Below, one piece after another: positions 57,028-64,000 of a stretch of 64,000 nt of DNA. The stretch comes from an uncultured virus (IMG/VR IMGVR_UViG_3300012347_000246). Taxonomy: Duplodnaviria; Heunggongvirae; Uroviricota; Caudoviricetes. The position numbers and the translations under genes are program-made. Location of the stretch: the IMG/VR virus record IMGVR_UViG_3300012347_000246; one strand, given 5' to 3'. A model generated the notes under the pieces. That model did not search any database, was not told the DNA's origin, and saw only the letters and a program-made list of their open reading frames with translations. Numbering within the stretch: position 1 is the stretch's first letter; the number at the start of each line of letters is the position of its first letter.

Positions 57028-58017
57028 TTATTTGAGTTGTTGCTTAATACTATTTACTTCTTGTCNNNNNNNNNNNNNNNNNNNNNNNNNNNNNNNNNNN
57101 NNNNNNNNNNNNNNNNNNNNNNNNNNNNNNNNNNNNNNNNNNNNNNNNNNNNNNNNNNNNNNNNNNNNNNNNNNNNNNNNNNNNNNNNNNNNNNNNNNNN
57201 NNNNNNNNNNNNNNNNNNNNNNNNNNNNNNNNNNNNNNNNNNNNNNNNNNNNNNNNNNNNNNNNNNNNNNNNNNNNNNNNNNNNNNNNNNNNNNNNNNNN
57301 NNNNNNNNNNNNNNNNNNNNNNNNNNNNNNNNNNNNNNNNNNNNNNNNNNNNNNNNNNNNNNNNNNNNNNNNNNNNNNNNNNNNNNNNNNNNNNNNNNNN
57401 NNNNNNNNNNNNNNNNNNNNNNNNNNNNNNNNNNNNNNNNNNNNNNNNNNNNNNNNNNNNNNNNNNNNNNNNNNNNNNNNNNNNNNNNNNNNNNNNNNNN
57501 NNNNNNNNNNNNNNNNNNNNNNNNNNNNNNNNNNNNNNNNNNNNNNNNNNNNNNNNNNNNNNNNNNNNNNNNNNNNNNNNNNNNNNNNNNNNNNNNNNNN
57601 NNNNNNNNNNNNNNNNNNNNNNNNNNNNNNNNNNNCTGCACCAGATGACGTTACGCTAGTTGCACTAACTGTACCACCACTTTGGTTTGTGGCTGTAGTT
57701 GCTGTAGTTGCTGACCCGGCTGTTAAATTACTAGCTGTGCCGGTAAGGCCTGTGCCTGCGCCAGAAAATGAACTTGCTGTTACTGTGCCACCAACTATGA
57801 AAGAGTTTGCTGCTGTTAATGTACTAGGAAACGTGCCACCGCCAATGTCAGCTGCTGTTAGAGTAACTGCACCAGTGCGACCTGCTACACTAGATACCGG
57901 ACTAGCACTTGCCGACGACCCTTGCGGATCCCAAACTCCCATTGCAGAGTCGTAGACATAAGTAACTCCGTTGACTGTGTATTGTTGTCCGTTTGTTGGA
58001 CTTACTGGAAAAGCCAT
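57028..58017 (-). CDS. Tail fibre-like protein spanning the gap; possible C-terminal chaperone coil
   Basis: FPVSPTNGQ, VSSVAGRTGAVTL; ends QEVNSIKQQLK; middle unsequenced. Confidence 0.6.
   Translation of the reverse strand: MAFPVSPTNGQQYTVNGVTYVYDSAMGVWDPQGSSASASPVSSVAGRTGAVTLTAADIGGGTFPSTLTAANSFIVGGTVTASSFSGAGTGLTGTASNLTAGSATTATTATNQSGGTVSATSVTSSGAXXXXXXXXXXXXXXXXXXXXXXXXXXXXXXXXXXXXXXXXXXXXXXXXXXXXXXXXXXXXXXXXXXXXXXXXXXXXXXXXXXXXXXXXXXXXXXXXXXXXXXXXXXXXXXXXXXXXXXXXXXXXXXXXXXXXXXXXXXXXXXXXXXXXXXXXXXXXXXXXXXXXXXXXXXXXXXXXXXXXXXXXXXXXXXXQEVNSIKQQLK
57066..57635. other. Assembly gap (570 N)
   Basis: Run of n. Confidence 1.
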
Positions 58018-60956
58018 TAAAATCTCCCTACTACCACTTCAATTGTGGCAAATTCATCGTCTGCTACTTCACCAAGAGCTTTACCTAATACGCAACCCGG
58101 ACGGTATAGAGTATCGTGCATACGCTCTGCATATTGTGCATACGCACTGGTTACTAACACATCACCTTTAGACACAGGTCCACGCACTTTACAAGGCACA
58201 CGCCCTGTGAATGCAACCGGCAATCCTTCTGCTTCACTATTCATCAAATACGCAGGGTTAGTGGAAATAACCCCAGCAACTCTTGTATCATGTGTTTTTG
58301 TTGTTACTGTAATCTCTTTAGCTCCGCCAAATACAACCACTGTTCCTGGTGCGTACTCTTGATCACTAGTGTACACTTCTGCCAAGTCGGCATACTTTGC
58401 ACTACTTGCAGTACCAATAAAGTTAGTTGCTGTCAAGTTTGCACTTGAATCACGTAGAGCCAGTGTGTTTGCTGTTGCACTGGTCGATGCGTTATATAAC
58501 GCACTGCTATAGTTAACCCAGTTGTATGTGTTGCTTACGTTGTCGTAAATGTATTTGTAAATTGCACCAGTATTACCACGGAACCATTCATCGCCCTGGA
58601 TTGGGTTTGCTGGAGCAACGTTACCTGAGAAGTTAGTAATTAACGGTCTACTTGAACGGGTTACGTTTCCAGTAAATGTGCCGCCCGCAAAGGTTGGACT
58701 TGCCGTTGTTCCGATATCTTGTGGGGCATTAATAGTAATAGTGCTACCACTTGCTGTTGCGGTTATACCGTTAGTGCTTGCAAAAGTTAATGTGCCTCCA
58801 CCGGATACTGAACCAGTGCCACTTGTTCCTGCTAAATTAATAGTCGAACTTGCTGCCGATGTAGTTACATTAGTGATACGACCTTTTGAGTCAACCGTGA
58901 TAACCGGAATAGCAGAACTGCTACCATATGTGTCAGCTGTTACGCCTGTAGTAGTTAAACTTAGACCTACGTTGTTGCCACTCGGTACGTTTGCAGTAAT
59001 GTCTGCGGTATTGCCCACTGTAGTAGATACAAAAGGATTGCCGTTGGCATACTTGTAATTGTCTGAATATAACGAACCCGCAAATATATCACCAGTGACA
59101 CCCAGGCCGCCCGCGACTCTAACCGCACCAGTTGACGTGCTTGTTGCTGCTGTACCTGTAGTTACCTGGAAGTAACCGTTACTGCTGGAGTTACCGTGGA
59201 ACCGGGCTACTTCAGATTCTGCAAAGAAACTACCAGTTGCAATAACAATGTCATTATAAGTTCCTGTGCTGTCGGTGGCTAACACCAAGTTACCACCAAG
59301 TGCAGACCCATTTCTTGCACTTGCAAACAAATATCCGTCGTTGGCTTTGGTAATAGTATACGCCGGGTCACTGAACAAGTTGCCAGTGAACCCCATGTCC
59401 ATAAATCCGGTAACACCGTCTGTGGTATTATTTGGATAAGCAACAATGTCAGATGATCCAGTGGCGTTGGTGTTAATTAACGCACTTTGTACATAGTACT
59501 GGCCCGCATTAACTGCTTGGCTAGAGCTTGTACCAACAATACTTGGGTTAATAAGTGGAGTGGCTGCGGCATTGTATCCGAAATAACCTGCACTGTTAAC
59601 GTTTAAGTTACCACTAATGCCTGCGCCGCCAGTTACTACTAAGGCCCCGCTAGTGGTGCTTGTGCTCGCTGTACTATTTGAAATCAATAAATCACCGACT
59701 TGCACAGTGTCGTATACTGTGCCCGGGTCCGTGAAATCTATAGTTGTTGAACTAGGCTCCGCAGCCACGTTACTAAAAAATACCCATCTATTATTGTTGT
59801 GGTTTCTAACTACACCAGTGTGACCATACACGTTGGCGCTGCCGCCAATGAAGTGGCCGTACATACCAATTTCAAAGTCGTAGGGATACGGAGACCCAGT
59901 TAAGTAAACCAATGGACTAGTAACACTTAGCGTAGATGTTGAAGTTGCAACTAAATTTGGTACATACAAATTACCAACAATGTGTACATCGTTACCAAAA
60001 TAAGAAACACCACCAACACCAGCACCTCCCGTAATAACCAACGCACCGTTTCCGGCGCCGGTACTTTGAGTAGAATTGGTAATAGATGTGATACCAGTCA
60101 CATCTAATGTATTATTAATTTGACTTGCACCCGTTGATGTAATTCCAGCAAACGTTGGGCTAGCTGTCGTTCTTAGGTCTTGTGGACTAGATAACGACAC
60201 TACGTTTCCGCTAACTGCTGCAACAAACCCGTTCGTACTTGTAAACGATAGTAATTGGCTAGACAAATCAACTGCGCCAGTGCCAGTTGTGCCACTTGTG
60301 TTGAGAGTTGTTGTTATGCTTGCAGAGCTTAATGCACTAACTCGACCGTACGCATCAGTAGTGATAATCGGAATTGCACTAGAACTACCAACTGTGGTTG
60401 CTCCTGGCCCTGTAGCAGGAAGAGCCAAAGTTACTGCGCCAGTGGCAGCACTCACTGATATGTTTCCGCCACCACTTGAGCTTAGTCCTGTTACACCAGA
60501 GTTAGTAATCGTAATCTCTTGTGCCACTGCACTAGTGTTAATACCTGTGCCAGCAGCAATAGTTAAACTTTGATTAGTTAATGAAACTGAACCTGTGCCT
60601 GATGCACCTGCAATGTTTAACGTAGAACTAACTGTTGCCGTGCTTAATGCACTAATGCGACCATATTCGTCTGTTGTAATTATCGGAATAGCTGTGCTGC
60701 TACCAGTTGTAGCTGCACCAGGCCCGTGAGCAGTTAAGTTTACACCAGTTCCTGAAATGGTTACGTTACCTGCACCCGACGATGTTGATACTACTCTTGT
60801 GCCATTATCGTACACCGAAGCTGCAACCACTGATGATGGAGTTGATATGTTACCAGAAGCATCAATTGCTCCGGTGGTTGTTATTGCACCCGATGATGCA
60901 ATGTTTGCGTTGCCGACTGTTAGCCCGTTGTGGACTACAAAATACCCATTAGCCAT
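58017..60956 (-). CDS. Tail fibre protein
   Basis: S/T/G-rich repeats (IPIITTD.YGR, GALVVTGGAG); C-terminal YADLAE domain. Confidence 0.85.
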   Translation of the reverse strand: MANGYFVVHNGLTVGNANIASSGAITTTGAIDASGNISTPSSVVAASVYDNGTRVVSTSSGAGNVTISGTGVNLTAHGPGAATTGSSTAIPIITTDEYGRISALSTATVSSTLNIAGASGTGSVSLTNQSLTIAAGTGINTSAVAQEITITNSGVTGLSSSGGGNISVSAATGAVTLALPATGPGATTVGSSSAIPIITTDAYGRVSALSSASITTTLNTSGTTGTGAVDLSSQLLSFTSTNGFVAAVSGNVVSLSSPQDLRTTASPTFAGITSTGASQINNTLDVTGITSITNSTQSTGAGNGALVITGGAGVGGVSYFGNDVHIVGNLYVPNLVATSTSTLSVTSPLVYLTGSPYPYDFEIGMYGHFIGGSANVYGHTGVVRNHNNNRWVFFSNVAAEPSSTTIDFTDPGTVYDTVQVGDLLISNSTASTSTTSGALVVTGGAGISGNLNVNSAGYFGYNAAATPLINPSIVGTSSSQAVNAGQYYVQSALINTNATGSSDIVAYPNNTTDGVTGFMDMGFTGNLFSDPAYTITKANDGYLFASARNGSALGGNLVLATDSTGTYNDIVIATGSFFAESEVARFHGNSSSNGYFQVTTGTAATSTSTGAVRVAGGLGVTGDIFAGSLYSDNYKYANGNPFVSTTVGNTADITANVPSGNNVGLSLTTTGVTADTYGSSSAIPVITVDSKGRITNVTTSAASSTINLAGTSGTGSVSGGGTLTFASTNGITATASGSTITINAPQDIGTTASPTFAGGTFTGNVTRSSRPLITNFSGNVAPANPIQGDEWFRGNTGAIYKYIYDNVSNTYNWVNYSSALYNASTSATANTLALRDSSANLTATNFIGTASSAKYADLAEVYTSDQEYAPGTVVVFGGAKEITVTTKTHDTRVAGVISTNPAYLMNSEAEGLPVAFTGRVPCKVRGPVSKGDVLVTSAYAQYAERMHDTLYRPGCVLGKALGEVADDEFATIEVVVGRF

Positions 60957-60986
60957 AGTTCCATATATCCCTGTTGGCTGTTAATA

Positions 60987-63900
60987 TCAAATTAACATGT
61001 ATTGTTTACTTATCCTTACGTTGGTTCCATTATTTGCAGCCACAAAGTTTACGCTTAATGTGCTGCCACTAATGCCAGTTGTTAGAACACCTAAATTACC
61101 GCTCGTTGCTACTACACCAAATGTTGTTACCGTTGGGGTAGTACCATCATGAATCACTAATGCTTCCATAGTTTGATACGAGCTACCAGATGTTGCCTGG
61201 ATCAAATACTTTGCACTGCGATATGTTGTTTTGCTGAAAGAGTCAATTGCTGTTTCAACGTTTGCTGTAGAAACTGTAACGTTTCCTAGCCCGCTTACTA
61301 ATGCCCCATTGGCATCAACTTTAAGGGTTGGTACCTTGCTAGAAGTTCCGCTATAGATAGTTACACCATCTGTATCAGTTGCAACTTCGTTGTATCCAGT
61401 TGAATCAGTGATTGCAATTACTGTTTGTGTTGTAGTTAATCTACGAACATCAATCTTTGCTGCGTTAGCCGGAGCAGATGTAAAGGTCAGTACTGCATCA
61501 GTTACATAGTAATCGAGTACAGGACTTTGTAGTAGCCCGTTAACGCTAACAATACAGCTATTAGTTGTCTGCGGGCTGCTTAACAAGAAGTTAACTTGCG
61601 ACCCTGTTCCTGTAAATTGGTTGTCACTAATAATAGTGAATTCACTAGTTGGAGTAACCCAACCTCGGCCAGCTGTGTACCATTCAACACCGTCATTTGT
61701 TGTGCTGAAGCGGATCATACCCGGTACATCAGTGGCGCCACTTGAGCTTGGGCGTTCAGAAGCAGTACCAATTGGCAGTAAAATACTGTCCTTACTGTTA
61801 ATATGTAACTTAGCACCATTTACAATCGAGCCTGTTGAAATGGTATTTCCAATAATTACTTGGTCATATGTGCCATTAGATCTTGCCCAGATCAAGTTGC
61901 TGGTGTTTACACCGTTAACCTTAAAGTCCATTCCTGCGGTGTTGGTGCTGTTAACAGTTAATGCCTGTTGAGTAGAAATATTGCCTGTTGCAGCAACAGT
62001 ATCGGTTGTAACACTAGTTGTAGTAAGTGTTCCGGTATACAAATTGCCCGAGATACCGGCCCCACCAGTTACACGCAATGCACCAGTTGTTGTGCTAGTT
62101 GCTGCGGTACCTTGAGTTAAACTAAAATACCCGCCATTACTTGCATCGCCATGGAAACGAGCAACTTCTTGTGAATCTGCAAAGCCACCGGTTGCAATAA
62201 CAATATCGTTATAAGTTCCAGCTTCGCTAGTTGCCAAGACTAAGTTTCCACCAAATCCACTTTGAGGTCTAACAAATACATAGCCGTCATTCGGCTTAGT
62301 AATCTCATAATTTGGATCGTTAAAGGCACTACCGGTCATGCCCATGTCTGCCCAGCCACCAGTGTCAGTCCCGTTGTCGCCGTATGCAGAGAAGTCTGCA
62401 GATCCAGTGCTGCTAGTGTTAAGCATGTACATCTGTGCAAAATCACCAACAGAGTTAACGGCTGCAATTGAAGAATTTACCAGTGCGGTAGATAACGATG
62501 CTGCACCTACGTTTAGTGTTCCACCAACATAAGTGTTTCCACCAAATGCTGCACCACCATTTGGAACTGTTAATGCAGCATTAGTAGGACTAATCAATTG
62601 TGTTGACGAGTCAATAACTACATTGCCAGTGGTAATTGCTGTTTGTGCAAATAACTCTGTGAAGTGTGCATGTGACGGGTTGGCTTGCCCAATTGTGGTG
62701 CTGTCTAAACTACCGCCAGTGATTACTGCGTTAGCAGAACTAAAATTAGTTGCTGTAAAATAATCAGCTTGTCCAGTGATGCCAGTGACACTGCCACCAA
62801 TGATTTGGGCACTATTAGTAAAAAAGTTTAACGAACTTAAATTTGTTAACCCTGTAATACTACCACTAGATATTTGTGCATTTGCTGCACTCACTGTCGC
62901 TGCCGAGATGTAGGTTACATTGCTTATGAAGCCACCTGTAATGAGTACATTCGGCGAAATTAAGTTAGAAGCAAAAGTAGAAAACGATGTTATAACCACG
63001 TTTGCAATATTGCCGCCGTGAATGTTTGCACTAACCGCAGTTAACTCTCCTACACCAAGTACTTGTGCATTACCAGTTATGTTATGCACTGAGCCGCCAG
63101 TGATCAACACATTACTAGAAATAAAATTCGTAATGTCGAATGTTGAAGCTGATCCTGTGATTCCGTTTACAGTGCCACTAGTTATACTTGCGGTACCACT
63201 AAACGTTCCACTGAATGTAGTAGCATTAATAGTATTAGTGCTAGGATTAAAATTAATACCTGGAGTGATATACGCCGCACTATTACCTGTTGTAGAACGA
63301 TCAGTGAAACTTGGGTAATATACACTGTTGTTTGTAGTCGCAGTGTAGTTTTCATATAAGGCTACGTTACCAGTGGATGCTGTACCAGATAGCGTACCAA
63401 CAATGTTTCCGGAACTAAAATTGGTTGCTGTCAAGTATGATGCAGCGCCAGTAAACCCTGTAATGCTGCCGCCGGTAATTTGAGCATTGCCGGTTGAGAA
63501 ATTAGTAGCTGTTAAATAAGATGCATCCCCGGTAATACCAGTTACGCTACCGCCAGTAATCTGTGCGTTACCAGTTGAGAAGTTTGTTGCAACCAGCGTA
63601 CTTGCAGCACCAGTAAAGTTTGTGATACTGCCGCCAGTGGCTTGTAAGTTACTGGTTGTAAATTGACCAATTACTTGTTTGTTAAAATTCCAGCTATCAG
63701 TAGCATTGGTATACAACAACGTTGCATTGGCGCCATCAACAGTAAGTCCAGCACCGTTAGCTGCTGCTCCATTTACTGCACCTTTGGCTACTGTGATGTT
63801 TAAATCAGTTACATCTAATGTTGCAGAGTTGATTGCTGTTGTTGTGCCTTGTACTGTTAAGTTACCAGTAACAACAATGTTTTCACCAACATACAAGTTA

Positions 63901-64000
63901 CCACCGATACCAGCTCCGCCAGTTACTACCAACGCACCAGATGCCGATGTTGTTGCAGCATCACTGCCTGTTACTCGGCCTAATGTAGTTGATAATGTAC
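60987..64000 (-). CDS. Tail fibre/baseplate protein, 5' end outside window
   Basis: Frame open to the window edge; ATNFSTGNAQITGGS repeats; YRSAKY C-terminal domain. Confidence 0.85.
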   Translation of the reverse strand, partial: TLSTTLGRVTGSDAATTSASGALVVTGGAGIGGNLYVGENIVVTGNLTVQGTTTAINSATLDVTDLNITVAKGAVNGAAANGAGLTVDGANATLLYTNATDSWNFNKQVIGQFTTSNLQATGGSITNFTGAASTLVATNFSTGNAQITGGSVTGITGDASYLTATNFSTGNAQITGGSITGFTGAASYLTATNFSSGNIVGTLSGTASTGNVALYENYTATTNNSVYYPSFTDRSTTGNSAAYITPGINFNPSTNTINATTFSGTFSGTASITSGTVNGITGSASTFDITNFISSNVLITGGSVHNITGNAQVLGVGELTAVSANIHGGNIANVVITSFSTFASNLISPNVLITGGFISNVTYISAATVSAANAQISSGSITGLTNLSSLNFFTNSAQIIGGSVTGITGQADYFTATNFSSANAVITGGSLDSTTIGQANPSHAHFTELFAQTAITTGNVVIDSSTQLISPTNAALTVPNGGAAFGGNTYVGGTLNVGAASLSTALVNSSIAAVNSVGDFAQMYMLNTSSTGSADFSAYGDNGTDTGGWADMGMTGSAFNDPNYEITKPNDGYVFVRPQSGFGGNLVLATSEAGTYNDIVIATGGFADSQEVARFHGDASNGGYFSLTQGTAATSTTTGALRVTGGAGISGNLYTGTLTTTSVTTDTVAATGNISTQQALTVNSTNTAGMDFKVNGVNTSNLIWARSNGTYDQVIIGNTISTGSIVNGAKLHINSKDSILLPIGTASERPSSSGATDVPGMIRFSTTNDGVEWYTAGRGWVTPTSEFTIISDNQFTGTGSQVNFLLSSPQTTNSCIVSVNGLLQSPVLDYYVTDAVLTFTSAPANAAKIDVRRLTTTQTVIAITDSTGYNEVATDTDGVTIYSGTSSKVPTLKVDANGALVSGLGNVTVSTANVETAIDSFSKTTYRSAKYLIQATSGSSYQTMEALVIHDGTTPTVTTFGVVATSGNLGVLTTGISGSTLSVNFVAANNGTNVRISKQYMLI

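Noticed and set aside
57032..57955. ORFs spanning the N run
   Set aside because: Artefacts of the assembly gap.
54975..64000. Diversity-generating retroelement
   Set aside because: No reverse transcriptase and no template/variable repeat pair with adenine-specific differences; the similarity is ordinary paralogy.

Overview
This window is a 64 kb segment of a large T4-like myovirus genome, transcribed mostly on the minus strand. Its Bug/TctC and TRAP solute-binding genes hint at a betaproteobacterial host (inference). Positions 1-18.7 kb form an unusually dense RNA island. It holds 32 tRNA genes (several atypical), a GOLLD-like ~890-nt RNA with a tRNA-Lys embedded in it, several tRNA-shaped shells with foreign interiors, and further structured ncRNA candidates. 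It also holds nine or more copies of a conserved, covarying 18-bp stem that each enclose a different structured 40-85 nt payload. Sigma70 promoters drive the island, two of them followed by rRNA-like boxB/boxA elements, and an attenuator-like leader sits inside it. Radical SAM, PP-loop ATPase, methyltransferase, phosphatase, ClpS-like and MqsA-like genes are interleaved. Positions 18.7-64 kb carry T4-like core genes (UvsY, UvsX, gp32, terminase, gp4, tail tube and sheath, dNMP kinase, gp13, gp14, gp15, tail fibres). Accessory genes there include TRAP and Bug binding proteins, Pth2, NUDIX, a flavin halogenase and a U32-family protein. There is one 570-nt assembly gap. The best candidate for an undescribed system is the conserved-stem, variable-payload small-RNA cassette family together with the tRNA-shell RNAs. 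All calls were made by eye; no searches or folding programs were run.
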